Assembly (NCBI GenBank): GCA_030829985.1
Contig: JAURNW010000013.1
Coordinates: 35,469-99,468, forward strand
Origin: Gammaproteobacteria bacterium
Lineage (GTDB): Bacteria; Pseudomonadota; Gammaproteobacteria; Eutrophobiales; Eutrophobiaceae
Length of the DNA: 64,000 bases
Direction of reading: 5' to 3'
Numbering within the stretch: position 1 is the first letter of the stretch; each line of letters starts with the position of its first letter. The notes under the pieces are model-generated. The model made no database searches. It saw only the letters and a list, made by a program, of their open reading frames with translations, and was not told the DNA's origin. Positions 1-10,995 of the stretch are shown one piece after another. A program made the position numbers and the translations under genes.

Positions 1-1
1 C

Positions 2-571
2 GGCGATCCGCTACGATCAATTCATTGGCGCAGTTTTGCAAAACTTAATAAACCCATCGTTAAAGAATACCAGGATGAATACTTTACGCGTTATGGCTTG
101 GTTCTGGACACCTACTTGCTTAATAAATCGGAATTAATATTCGAAGATGCTGTCTCGATTGCCGCCTCTTTGATGACCGCACAAAAAGAACAGGATGCCC
201 TGCTCGACTTGATGTTCGTTGGTGACAATGCCTATCGCTTCACCTCCGGTCGCGGACTGGCCGGAGCTGCAAATATACTTGAGATACTGGCTTGTGTAGA
301 GCCTGTGTACGAATCAAATATTAAAGAAGTTGAATCAATGGTTAGACAAGTCAGTCACGAATGCAGTGTCTTGATTTGCATACTACTGGCTTTGGATGAA
401 TCTCGAACAGGATTAATCAAAGAACTATCTGGATTAAATATACCTGTTAAGTTTTTACTCCTTAGTGATTCAAATGAGGAAACTCAGGGCGAAGTATTAA
501 AGAAATACGATATCCATGTACTTCAACATGATAGCTTGCAACAGGATCTCGACACACTATGGATAATGTGA
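2..571 (+). CDS. DUF58 family protein (5' partial; MoxR-DUF58-transglutaminase type locus)
   Basis: Frame is open from the window start: GDPLRSIHWRSFAK...VKEYQDE...LVLDT, the DUF58 signature; followed by a transglutaminase-like gene. Confidence 0.85.
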   Translation, partial: GDPLRSIHWRSFAKLNKPIVKEYQDEYFTRYGLVLDTYLLNKSELIFEDAVSIAASLMTAQKEQDALLDLMFVGDNAYRFTSGRGLAGAANILEILACVEPVYESNIKEVESMVRQVSHECSVLICILLALDESRTGLIKELSGLNIPVKFLLLSDSNEETQGEVLKKYDIHVLQHDSLQQDLDTLWIM

Positions 572-2557
572 GCGATAAGCCTGACAGGAATAAATTAAGT
601 CCGGCGCCGCCCGGTTTGATTATGGCCAGCTTGTTGTTATGGGGCTGGCAAACAGAATTTTTCTTATATGCTGTCATTATGGGTGTCGTGCTTGAGTTAC
701 CTATATTTATAAAATGGCGTATTGATTTCAGTGACAAAGACATCAATCAACTGGCCGACCTGAGTGGCGTTATCTTTTTTATTCTGACTGTTTATATTTT
801 CGTCAATTATTCATTTCAAGGTATATACAAAATACTGGAATTAATGCCATTTGTATTACTTCTGCTAATGCTCGCGCAAGGTTATGGCTTACAAAATGGC
901 ATAAAGACCTCAGCCTTGTTTATTAGTATTCGTCGGCTTGGAGAAAGCGCCGGGTCAGACGTTCTCTACAAAACGAATATTGGTCTGCCCTATGTGTTTA
1001 TATGCATGATCTCAGCTAGCTCAGGCAATAAATTCAGCGACTATTTTTTTTATATTATGCGCGCTTATCATTGCATGGTTATTATTCACGCAAAGGCCAA
1101 AATATTTTTCGAAAATCACATGGCTTGCCTCCGTCGTATTTGTCATTTTCTTTTCCTACTTAACTCAACAGGGATTTCAGCAACTACAATTTAAATCTGA
1201 AGCATTTCTACTCGGTTTGTTTGAACAATATGGATGGAGAAGTACAAATCCGCTACAAACATCAACATCAATAGGTTCATTAGGACGTTTAAAATTATCA
1301 GACCGTATCGTATTCAGAGTTAAAACGGATAAACCAGCTTCAAAAGCACTGTATTTTCGTGAAACCGCATACAGTATTTATGAGTATGGGACCTGGCGTA
1401 ACCCAGGAGTTGAGTTCGATATTATCACCAAGACACCTAACAAGAATGAATGGCGCGTTAATAAAACTATTAAAGATAAAGGCGATATGGATGTATCTAT
1501 CTATCTTCAGGATAGATCCGCCATTATCCCGGTGCCTGATAATATCAATACTTTATCAGGCAAAGATTTGATTCAAGTGGAAACCAGTGTCTATGGTTCA
1601 ACCCGAATTGAAGCACGCGAAGGCTGGATTAACTATCGACTTGGTTATGCCGACCACGACTTTGTGGAAGCTGGACCAAATGAGCACGACCTTATTGTTC
1701 CAAGTAATTATCAAGAAGATTTTAAACAGGTAGCAACTCAATTAGACCTTTATTCTAAATCACCCGAAGAAATTATTAGTGTTGTACAAAAATATTTTAA
1801 AGATAATTTTTATTATTCCATCACACAAAACCAGCGCTACACACGAGGCCAGTACCTGACAAAGTTTCTGTTTGAAAGTAAAAAGGGGCACTGCGAATAC
1901 TATGCAACTGCAACGGCTTTATTATTACGTGAGGCTGGAATCCCGGCACGCTATACCATAGGTTATTCAGTTCAGGAATACAGCGAATGGCAAAAGATGT
2001 ATCTCGTCCGTGCACGACATGCTCATGCCTGGTTAAAGTATTACATGGATGGTATGTGGCATAACATGGATACGACACCTTCTATTTGGGCGCCAATGGA
2101 GGCTGAAGACCGCACACTATTGGAACCGATAATGGATCTATTGTCATGGTTACGCTACAAAACGACAGCCAGTAATATTGATACAAAAAAACAGGATTCC
2201 ACTGACTGGATGCTCTGGTTATTGATTCCATTGGGCGCCTATCTAAGCTGGCGTTTCTATACCAAGCAACGTGTTGAACAGAAAGAAAAAACTGACATTG
2301 AAACACATATAGTCGAACGATTCGGAATCGACTCACCATTCTACCCCTTACTCAAGCAACTGGAGAGACAAGTAGATAACAGACAAACTGGAGAGTCGTT
2401 AAGTAAATGGATACAACGCATCTTGCCTGATACAAAAGCAGAAAAATATTTTAAGCTGATTACGTTACATAATCGTTATCGATTTAACCCGACAAGTGAT
2501 AAAGAACAAGAAAAGCAATCCATCAAAATAGCAATTGAAGAAATCGCCCGGCAATAG
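559..2557 (+). pseudogene. TgpA-like membrane-anchored transglutaminase-family protein, split by a 1-nt frameshift (pseudogene or sequencing error)
   Basis: ORF 559-1194 (TM helices) and ORF 1217-2557 (KKGHCEYYATA, HAHAW, MDTTP catalytic Cys-His-Asp) join in frame if one T is removed from the T8 run at 1044-1051, giving ...DYFFILCALIIAWLLFTQRPK...LLGLFEQYGW. Confidence 0.8.
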
Positions 2558-2574
2558 GCCGGTTCTTTCAGGTA

Positions 2575-3198
2575 TCAAGAATAAATATACAGGAAGCCAT
2601 CTACAATCTTGTGTTCAATACTATTAAGTGGGCGACTACCCTTTTCGATACATTCGCCATTATCTAGATTGAATTTCCATTGATGTTTTGGACAGGTTAA
2701 TGTTCTACCTTCAAGTGCTGACAAAGGGATGTTCGTGATCTGGTGCGGACAACGACTATCGAATATCTGGTAGTCATCACCAGTTTTATTAACAAAACAG
2801 GCACGACCATCATAGTCATAACGTGAGATGCCCTCTTCTACTTCATTAACTGCTATTAATTTATGCCATTGCTTTTCTTTGCCAATCAAATCCGGATTAA
2901 AATCTGGAATATCCATTTTGATAATAATATCAACAGCCCAAATGATCTTGCTTAAACCTAATGTCGGCATACATACTAGTAAGGCATCCAGTATTTCGTC
3001 TGCGCTATTACCTTCTTTTAATGCACGCACCAAATATTGTTTTAAGCCTGCTTCTGTCTGCGCATCAACCTTGGTTATGACTGACAACAGTGAACGGGTT
3101 TTGTTATCTAAATGCTTTCCCCCTTCTTTCAGGAATTTGAAATAAGGCTCAATCGCTTCTTTTCTGACCTTGATCAGATAATCTAATGCTTCACTCAT
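2575..3198 (-). CDS. Carboxymuconolactone decarboxylase/AhpD-like domain fused to a Rieske [2Fe-2S] domain
   Basis: N-terminal LDNKTRSLL...ALKEGNSADEILDALL (CMD-like); C-terminal CPH...CPKH Rieske ligands. Confidence 0.8.
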   Translation of the reverse strand: MSEALDYLIKVRKEAIEPYFKFLKEGGKHLDNKTRSLLSVITKVDAQTEAGLKQYLVRALKEGNSADEILDALLVCMPTLGLSKIIWAVDIIIKMDIPDFNPDLIGKEKQWHKLIAVNEVEEGISRYDYDGRACFVNKTGDDYQIFDSRCPHQITNIPLSALEGRTLTCPKHQWKFNLDNGECIEKGSRPLNSIEHKIVDGFLYIYS

Positions 3199-3697
3199 AT
3201 TCGTCTTCGTCGTCTTCTATGTCTTGTTGCGGCTCTGCCCATGCTCTGGGTGGCATCTCGACGGTGTATTCAGTCTCTTTACCCGAATATATATTTTCTA
3301 GCAGGATGGTTTTGGTTGGATTGTTATAATTCTGATGCATCAACATAACATGCATTTTCGGATCTGCCGGCTTGATAAATTCTTCTGATTTCTTAAACAA
3401 GAGTGTGGAAGTGACCAAACGACGCACTGGAAAATGCGCAGCTACAACGCCAGCCTGGTGACTCTCTCTTCTGGTGCAAGCATCCATAGTGTGCTTTTGG
3501 AAACAACGTACTCCTACATCAATTACAAGTGCACCCGTGTCTTTGTTAAGCGTACGAAAACGTGCCTCGACAAATCCCAGCTTTAATTCTGTCTTTGTGC
3601 CAAACAAAGCGAAGTAATCTGCCATTACAAAAAGCCCAGCCATGAGAACAGCAGCAGCAATGATAGATGAGAATATTTTTATTTGTTTCTTATTCAC
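3191..3697 (-). CDS. Hypothetical protein with N-terminal membrane anchor
   Basis: 168-aa ORF with a hydrophobic N-terminus and acidic tail; overlaps the downstream gene start. Confidence 0.7.
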   Translation of the reverse strand: MNKKQIKIFSSIIAAAVLMAGLFVMADYFALFGTKTELKLGFVEARFRTLNKDTGALVIDVGVRCFQKHTMDACTRRESHQAGVVAAHFPVRRLVTSTLLFKKSEEFIKPADPKMHVMLMHQNYNNPTKTILLENIYSGKETEYTVEMPPRAWAEPQQDIEDDEDEYE

Positions 3698-3711
3698 TTA
3701 TTTTAGCCTGG

Positions 3712-4881
3712 TTAATCTCTGCGTAAACGATCGGTTACAGATATCGGTGTCGGATACTTCATCACTATGATATAGGACGAGACAACAAACGTTAATAGTG
3801 TTGCGAACTGGATCAAATACGATGTGCGCTCATCAATAAAACCAGACTTAACCGCAAGTACCGCAATCAACAAAGAGAACTCACTGATTTGACCTAATCT
3901 GAACCCTGTTTCAAAAGAGACATATTTCTTTTCTCCTTGCATACGCAATAACCAGCTAAAGATTAACGGCTTGAATACCAGTGCCAATGTTGCCAGGATC
4001 ACACCAGGTATGAGAATCTCATCGATCACTGCCAGATTGAAGCCTGCACCTAATGAAAAGAAAAAGATGATCAAAAAGAAATCACGCAACGGTTTTAAAC
4101 GTTCTGTTATGAATAGAGCAATCGGACTGGATGCCATTGTTACTCCGGCCACTAAAGCACCTATTTCATGTGACAAGCCAACATAATAAGCCAATTCAGA
4201 TATTCCCAGACACCAGGCAATGGCTAATAAAAATATGTATTCATGAATCTGATCAAATCGTAATATCAATTTGAACAGAATAAAACGTGCCATCAGATAG
4301 ACAACACCGATCAATAACGGCAAGTACAAAAGTTGACTTGCAATATCAACTATCAGGTTACCACCCTTACCGTATCCCTGTAGTAATAACAGAATAACAA
4401 TCGCAATCAGATCCTGTATCAATAAAATACTTATAATAATCTGGCCTGTATGACGATGGTGTAAAGTTGTTGTAGGTAAAAGCTTTAAGCCAATAATTGT
4501 GCTTGAGAACATCATGACGGCACCAATCAAGAGAGCCTGTAAAATCTCATAGCCAAATAAAAAACCAATCAAAAATCCGATCAGGCAAAATGCAACGCAA
4601 CTCAGCAAGGTCACTTCCAGAGCTTCGCGCAACATTTCCCATAATTGTTGCGGCAACAAATCCAGACCAAGTAAATAGAGCAGAAAGATAATACCAATAT
4701 TGGATATATCGCTAATCAGCTCAGCATCATCGATGAAACCCATGCCCCATGGGCCGAGTATCAAACCAAGGGCGATATAAGCAACAATCATTGCCTGTCT
4801 GGCATACAAGGCAAAGGTTGCGAATATTGCCGCACCGGTAAAGATGAGGAAAATTGAGTATTGAATTGATTGTTCAATCAT
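3712..4881 (-). CDS. Cation:proton antiporter (CPA2/Kef family)
   Basis: About 12 TM helices; FSSTIIGLKLL, IQDL and GQISEFS motifs. Confidence 0.9.
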   Translation of the reverse strand: MIEQSIQYSIFLIFTGAAIFATFALYARQAMIVAYIALGLILGPWGMGFIDDAELISDISNIGIIFLLYLLGLDLLPQQLWEMLREALEVTLLSCVAFCLIGFLIGFLFGYEILQALLIGAVMMFSSTIIGLKLLPTTTLHHRHTGQIIISILLIQDLIAIVILLLLQGYGKGGNLIVDIASQLLYLPLLIGVVYLMARFILFKLILRFDQIHEYIFLLAIAWCLGISELAYYVGLSHEIGALVAGVTMASSPIALFITERLKPLRDFFLIIFFFSLGAGFNLAVIDEILIPGVILATLALVFKPLIFSWLLRMQGEKKYVSFETGFRLGQISEFSLLIAVLAVKSGFIDERTSYLIQFATLLTFVVSSYIIVMKYPTPISVTDRLRRD

Positions 4882-4903
4882 TGCTTATATCAGCCTGATA
4901 CCT

Positions 4904-7900
4904 TTATTTAATATTTTTTGATAGTTGTTCCCATGCTTTATCCAGTCTTTTTAGTGAAACTGGTATTCTGGTTTTTAACTCTTGCGTAAACAACGATATC
5001 CTTAATTCTTCAAACATCCAACGATAATCATCAAACAACGATGTATTACCATCAATTTCATAAGCCTGATCCACCAGTTTTTTAATCCTGTTCCAATGTT
5101 GCTGAATCTGATGCGTTGTTTGGCGATCTTTTTCTATAGCATACTCAAGTTTATCAATACGCTTCAATATCGCTTCCAGATATCGTGGATATTGTTTCAA
5201 ATAATCTGTTTTAATATCCTCAATAAAGCCATGAAATATCATATATTCCAGTTGCTCTTCAATATCATTGATGGCATGGCTATATTTCATAGTCGCTTCT
5301 TCGGAAAGTAATGCTTGAACTTTCAGATTCAGCCCAAGTATTTTCTTTAATAACAGACACACTCTATCGGCATTAAGTATCATTTCGGGCCGACCTTGTT
5401 CTAATCTAGCCAGAAAATGATCCTGTTTACGAATCAGTTCATTTTCATATAAAAATGTTTCATCCAGAACAAGGTTTATAATTGAACTGATTAATTCTTC
5501 TTTGTTACCGAATTGGGCATATAACAGTGCCAGTTTTTCAAAATCTTTCAGGTTTTTACATAGATATTTAATCTCTTTTTGTAATTGCCATTTCAATAAG
5601 CCTCTAAGACCAAAACGCAATTGATACTCAGCCGTTTGCAAGTTATCAAATGCATAACGATAAACTCTGCCATCCTCCTCCAGCAGAGAAGGATAAGTAA
5701 TCAAAACATTGTCTTTAACAGTAATCTTTTCCTCTACAGCTAAATCACCAAAATCCCATGTAGTGACTTCTTCAGCTCCACTGTCATCCTGATGGATTTC
5801 GGTAAATGCATATTCTATTTCTGTGGCAAGTTTATTTTTTAAATCGACAATATCATTGCCTTCTGCAATTAGTTTATTGTCTGCATTAAGCACCCGATAA
5901 TTTACTTTTAAATGTTCGGGCAAGAGGCCCTCAGAAAAATCATCATTTGTTATGTCAACTAAACGTGTTTTGTATAAATACGAGATCAGGTTTTGTTTTA
6001 ACGATATTGATTTATTACTTATGTTCCTGGCACATTCATTCGCTGTGTCGGGAATCGGCACAAGCGTCTTCCTGATATGTTTTGGTAATGACTTTAACAA
6101 CAAGGTTATCTTTTCTTCAATCAGACCCGGCACCAGATAATCCATCTGGTGTTGATTGAATTGATTTAATGCCTCAATCGGCACGTCAATATTAAGCCCA
6201 TCGTTGCTATTGCCCGGCAGGAACTTATATTCAAGTGGCAATGACAATCCTCGATATTCAATTTGTTCAGGAAAAGCAGTTTCTGTTACTTCATCCGCGT
6301 GCCGACGCATTATTTTATCTTTGGATATGAGTAAAGCTTGCTTTTGATCTTTACTAAGCTTTTTTGACCATGCAGCAAATGATTGTCCATCATAGACGTG
6401 CATAGGTAATGCATTACTATAAAAATCATAAACTGCTTCTTCATCAAGAATATCAGGGCGACGTGTCTTTACCTCTAGATGTCGGATTTCATCGATAACT
6501 TTATTATTTTGTTTATAAAAACTTGCGGCTGATTCAAGGTCAGCTTCTATCAATCCATTTCTGATAAACAGTGCCTGTGATTCTTTAGGATTAATAAGCC
6601 CATAATTAATTCTCTTCCCGGCTACTAGCGTCATACCGTATAAGCTGATTTTTTCAAGTGCAATAACACGTGTACTTTTACTATCCCAATAAGCATCAGA
6701 ATAATCATATTTCAGTAAATGTTTTGCGACATTTATTAACCACGCCGAGTCAATTTTAGCCACATTACGTGCAAACAAACGAGATGTTTCAACCAAATCG
6801 GCAGCAACAATCCATTTTGGTTTTTTATGAAATTGGCCTGAGGCCGGGAACAGATTTAACTTGATATCACGCGCACCGGTGTATTCGTGTTTATCTGATA
6901 AAAATGCCACATGGCTCGCCATACCACTTAATATTGCACAATGAATATTCTGATAACTGGCCGATTCATTATTTATAGACAATTTCATGTCTGTACAAAC
7001 ATGCCGCAACTGCCTGTGTATATCAATCCATTCGCGCATCTTCATATAAGACAAGAAGTTTGTTTGACATAGTTTCCTGAGTTTATTCTGTGAAAGTTGT
7101 TTTATTTGTTTTTGATAAAAATTCCAAAGATTAAGAAACCATAAAAAGTCCGAATCATCATGATTGAATTGTTGATGGGATTCATCTGCCTTTTGCTGCT
7201 TATCAAGCGGACGTTCTCTCGGATCCTGAATGCTTAGCGCACTGACGATAATTAATATTTCATGCAGACAATTAAGATCATTTGCAGCTATCAATATCCT
7301 TGCGTATCTTGGATCCAGTGGAAATCGGACTAACTTTCGCCCGATCGGTGTTAATTTTTCTTCTTTATTGAGCGCATTAATTTCGCGTAACAAGCGCATT
7401 CCATCATTGATAAATTTTTTATCCGGTGGATTAATGAATGGATATTCTTCCACATTTCCAATCTTTAATGCCTTCATTTGTAAAATAACAGAAGCGAGAT
7501 TGGTTCTAAGTATCTCGGGTTCGGTATATTCCGGGCGTGATGAAAAATCATCTTCGCTGTATAAACGAATACAGATGCCTTCACTTGTTCTACCACAACG
7601 TCCTTTTCTTTGATTCGCGGCTGCCATCGAAATTTTTTCAATCGGCAAACGCTGCACTTTACTGCGATAGCTATATCGACTGATACGTGCCATACCAGTA
7701 TCGATCACGTAACGTATACCGGGGATAGTTAGTGATGTTTCGGCAATATTGGTAGCCAGTACAATATGTCGTCGCTTATGTGGGGCGAATATTTTATTTT
7801 GTCTGGATGAACTTAAACGAGCATATAAAGGCAGGATATCCGTGTCTGGCAAGTTTTGTTTTCGAAGAAATTTATCTGTTTCATGGATTTCACCTTCACC

Positions 7901-8791
7901 TTCCATGAAAATCAGGATATCCCCCATATCGTAAGACGTTAATTCATGTATCGCTTGTAAAATATGGTCTTCACGCCCAATAGAATCCTCGTCATCCTCT
8001 TGCAGTGGACGATATAAGACATCAACCGGATAAGTTCGACCAGACACTTCAATAACCGGTGCATTGTCAAAATGAGCCGAAAATCTGCTTACGTCTATCG
8101 TCGCCGAGGTAATAATGACCTTTAAATCAGGCCTTTTTGGCAGCAACTCCTTAAGATAACCCAGGATAAAGTCAATATTCAGGCTACGCTCATGCGCCTC
8201 ATCTATAATCAAAGTGTCATATTGATTTAAATATCTATCCTGTTGTAATTCCGCTAACAAAATACCGTCTGTCATCAATTTGATATAGGAATGTTTATTC
8301 GTTACATCCTGATGACGAATCTTAAAACCGACATCGCAACCTAAATCGGAGCCCAATTCTTCAGCGATTCTTTTTGCTACCGTTCTGGCGGCTAGTCTTC
8401 TGGGCTGCGTGTGTCCAATTACGCCTTCAATACTGCGACCTAGAGTAAGACACAGCTTGGGTAACTGTGTTGTTTTACCTGATCCTGTTTCACCACATAT
8501 TATCGTTACTGGATTGTTTTTTATTGTTTTATATATTTCATCAACACATTGATTTATTGGTAAATTTTCATCAAAAAAACACTTTGGCAGTCCATTTTTT
8601 CGTTCAGTTTTATTATTAATCGATATTTCAATATCACGATATAAAGCATCCCATTCAGAGTTGTTAACTACATTATCTTTTTTCAATCGATCAAACTGAC
8701 GTTTAAGTCGAAACCGGTCTGAAGCACGAACCTCCGATAAATGTTCCGAAATTTGATCTATTTGCACAGTTGTCATGCTTTTCTTGTCCAT
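4904..8791 (-). CDS. hrpA: ATP-dependent RNA helicase HrpA
   Basis: GETGSGKTTQLPK, DEAH, SAT and QRKGRCGR motifs; C-terminal EELRISLF; 1295 aa. Confidence 0.96.
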   Translation of the reverse strand: MDKKSMTTVQIDQISEHLSEVRASDRFRLKRQFDRLKKDNVVNNSEWDALYRDIEISINNKTERKNGLPKCFFDENLPINQCVDEIYKTIKNNPVTIICGETGSGKTTQLPKLCLTLGRSIEGVIGHTQPRRLAARTVAKRIAEELGSDLGCDVGFKIRHQDVTNKHSYIKLMTDGILLAELQQDRYLNQYDTLIIDEAHERSLNIDFILGYLKELLPKRPDLKVIITSATIDVSRFSAHFDNAPVIEVSGRTYPVDVLYRPLQEDDEDSIGREDHILQAIHELTSYDMGDILIFMEGEGEIHETDKFLRKQNLPDTDILPLYARLSSSRQNKIFAPHKRRHIVLATNIAETSLTIPGIRYVIDTGMARISRYSYRSKVQRLPIEKISMAAANQRKGRCGRTSEGICIRLYSEDDFSSRPEYTEPEILRTNLASVILQMKALKIGNVEEYPFINPPDKKFINDGMRLLREINALNKEEKLTPIGRKLVRFPLDPRYARILIAANDLNCLHEILIIVSALSIQDPRERPLDKQQKADESHQQFNHDDSDFLWFLNLWNFYQKQIKQLSQNKLRKLCQTNFLSYMKMREWIDIHRQLRHVCTDMKLSINNESASYQNIHCAILSGMASHVAFLSDKHEYTGARDIKLNLFPASGQFHKKPKWIVAADLVETSRLFARNVAKIDSAWLINVAKHLLKYDYSDAYWDSKSTRVIALEKISLYGMTLVAGKRINYGLINPKESQALFIRNGLIEADLESAASFYKQNNKVIDEIRHLEVKTRRPDILDEEAVYDFYSNALPMHVYDGQSFAAWSKKLSKDQKQALLISKDKIMRRHADEVTETAFPEQIEYRGLSLPLEYKFLPGNSNDGLNIDVPIEALNQFNQHQMDYLVPGLIEEKITLLLKSLPKHIRKTLVPIPDTANECARNISNKSISLKQNLISYLYKTRLVDITNDDFSEGLLPEHLKVNYRVLNADNKLIAEGNDIVDLKNKLATEIEYAFTEIHQDDSGAEEVTTWDFGDLAVEEKITVKDNVLITYPSLLEEDGRVYRYAFDNLQTAEYQLRFGLRGLLKWQLQKEIKYLCKNLKDFEKLALLYAQFGNKEELISSIINLVLDETFLYENELIRKQDHFLARLEQGRPEMILNADRVCLLLKKILGLNLKVQALLSEEATMKYSHAINDIEEQLEYMIFHGFIEDIKTDYLKQYPRYLEAILKRIDKLEYAIEKDRQTTHQIQQHWNRIKKLVDQAYEIDGNTSLFDDYRWMFEELRISLFTQELKTRIPVSLKRLDKAWEQLSKNIK

Positions 8792-9007
8792 TGATAGAAT
8801 GTGGCATTACGATTATTCATTAATATTTGAAATCTTATTTTATTGACACGAATCAAGTATTTATTTGTAATTTATTGATGGACTGGCAGGATAATCAAAC
8901 ATAAAATATTGATATTATCCAAGCAGTATTTTCTACGTTAAGTACTACACATAATAAATAATATCAGTAGATTATATTACTTTTCTCACACGGGGTTTCC
9001 TTAACGT

Positions 9008-10981
9008 ATGGCACTTGAATTCGAATTAGCAGGTTCACAGATTGATGGCGCAAGAGACTATCAGGAAGATGCGTTTCTTATAACTAATTTAACTGATGCC
9101 AACGGCAAACCAAGTGCTTTGGTTGTTATCGCAGATGGAATGGGTGGCCATGCTGCTGGAAACGTTGCCAGCAACATGGCTGTACAAGCATTCAACAAAC
9201 ATGTGTCTGCAAATTACCCTACAGAAAACATAGCTGACGTACTCGAACAGGCTGTAGTCAAAGCAAACAATTCAATTAAAGAAACGGTTAAAGAAACACC
9301 TGCATTATCGGGCATGGGCTGTACCATGGTAGCTGCAATCCTTGAAGAAGGAAAAATGTGGTGGGCAAGCGTGGGTGATAGTCATTGTTATTTAGTTCGC
9401 AATCGTGAACTGACCAAGAAAAATGCCGATCATAGTTATGGCGGTTTTTTAGACAGGATGGAAGCCGAAGGCACACCGGTTGAAGCAGAGCCCGGCTTGT
9501 CTCGAAATATGTTAATGAGTGCCGTAACGGGGGAAGATATTAATGAAATTGATGTCTCTTCAACCCCACTGGAACTCGAATCTGGCGATAGAATAATATT
9601 ATGTAGTGATGGTCTTGATACCTTAAGTGCCGGCAAAATTATTCAATACTCCGAGTGGTCAGAATCAACAAAAGAATGCGCTGATGCATTAATGACGGCC
9701 GTTGAAGAAGCCAACATGCCCCGCCAAGACAACACCACGGCGGTTGTTGTAAATGTAAAAGAAGCCGCAAACGGTGTCACCAGCGTCCCAGCAGTGGAAC
9801 CTGAGCCTGAAGAAATAGGTGAATCTACCGCTGAATTGTCAGTTTCTGATGTTTCTACAGAAGAAGCAGTAGCAGAACCCATTTCAGAACCACAACCCGA
9901 GCCACAGATAGGTCAGCCTGCATTTGTCGAAGAAACTGTTGAAACAGCAGATAAACCGAAGAGCAAAATGGGGTTGATGATTGGTATTGCAGCTGCGGTA
10001 ATTCTTGTCATTGGTGGTGTTGCCTTTACCATGATGGGCAAAAAATCAACACAAGAAACTGAGCCTAGTGTTGCCTCAGAGGTTGAGATGCAGGCTGAAT
10101 CCGAAGCAAGCACAGATGAAATGACCGCTTCTGATGAGGAAGTGACTGTTGAAGTCTCTGCTACTGAAGAGACTGCTGAAAAAGCCAAGGAAGAACCAAA
10201 AACCACAGCAGCAGCGCCTGAAGAGAAAACAGAAAAAGCGACAGCTGTCGCCAGTAAAACTATTCAAGATGATTTGAAGTCGGGCGGAAAAGGCCCGCTG
10301 ATGGTCACTATTCCTGCTGGAAAATTTTCTATGGGTAGCGGCAGCGCCAAAAACTCGGATGAACGCCCCCGACATGATGTAACTGTTGAGAAATTTGCTG
10401 TTAGCCAATATGAGGTCACATTTGCTGAATATGATCTTTTTGCAAAAGCTGAAAACCGTAAAATACCTGACTCCCTTTATCTGGATAGAGAAACACACCC
10501 GGTTATATTCGTCTCCTGGGATGAGGCCTACTACTATACAAAATGGCTTTCCGAACAAACTGGAGAGCGCTACCGTTTGCCTAACGAAGCCGAATGGGAA
10601 TATATGGCTTCAACAGGCAAAAAATCTACTTTTTGGTGGGGCTACAACGAAGAGCCTAATCGAGCACACTGTTTTGGTTGTGGCACTAACCTGGACCCGC
10701 GTAAGCCAACAAAAATCGGGAGTTTTGAACCAAACGCTTTTGGAGTTTATGACACTTCCGGCAATGTCGCAGAATGGGTACATGATTGCTGGCATGATAA
10801 TTATAACGAAGCGCCAAAATATGGAGAAATCTGGGAAGGTGGGGATTGTTCCTATCGTGTTGTAAGAGGTGGAGCATATAGCACGCCACCACAATCAATA
10901 AGAAGCGCCAAAAGGGATAAATACAAATCCGATAAAGTCTATGACCATATTGGCATCCGCGTTGTCAGAGAAATCCGTTAA
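9008..10981 (+). CDS. PP2C Ser/Thr phosphatase - TM - FGE/SUMF1-like domain fusion
   Basis: ADGMGGH, VGDS, CSDGL and DNTT PP2C motifs; one TM flanked by acidic linkers; RLPNEAEWEY, GNVAEW and RGG FGE-fold motifs. Confidence 0.85.
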   Translation: MALEFELAGSQIDGARDYQEDAFLITNLTDANGKPSALVVIADGMGGHAAGNVASNMAVQAFNKHVSANYPTENIADVLEQAVVKANNSIKETVKETPALSGMGCTMVAAILEEGKMWWASVGDSHCYLVRNRELTKKNADHSYGGFLDRMEAEGTPVEAEPGLSRNMLMSAVTGEDINEIDVSSTPLELESGDRIILCSDGLDTLSAGKIIQYSEWSESTKECADALMTAVEEANMPRQDNTTAVVVNVKEAANGVTSVPAVEPEPEEIGESTAELSVSDVSTEEAVAEPISEPQPEPQIGQPAFVEETVETADKPKSKMGLMIGIAAAVILVIGGVAFTMMGKKSTQETEPSVASEVEMQAESEASTDEMTASDEEVTVEVSATEETAEKAKEEPKTTAAAPEEKTEKATAVASKTIQDDLKSGGKGPLMVTIPAGKFSMGSGSAKNSDERPRHDVTVEKFAVSQYEVTFAEYDLFAKAENRKIPDSLYLDRETHPVIFVSWDEAYYYTKWLSEQTGERYRLPNEAEWEYMASTGKKSTFWWGYNEEPNRAHCFGCGTNLDPRKPTKIGSFEPNAFGVYDTSGNVAEWVHDCWHDNYNEAPKYGEIWEGGDCSYRVVRGGAYSTPPQSIRSAKRDKYKSDKVYDHIGIRVVREIR

Positions 10982-10995
10982 TCACATATTACATA

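Noticed and set aside
10260-10981. FGE/C-type-lectin fold as a diversity-generating retroelement target
   Set aside because: I found no reverse transcriptase and no template repeat of the 3' end in the window.
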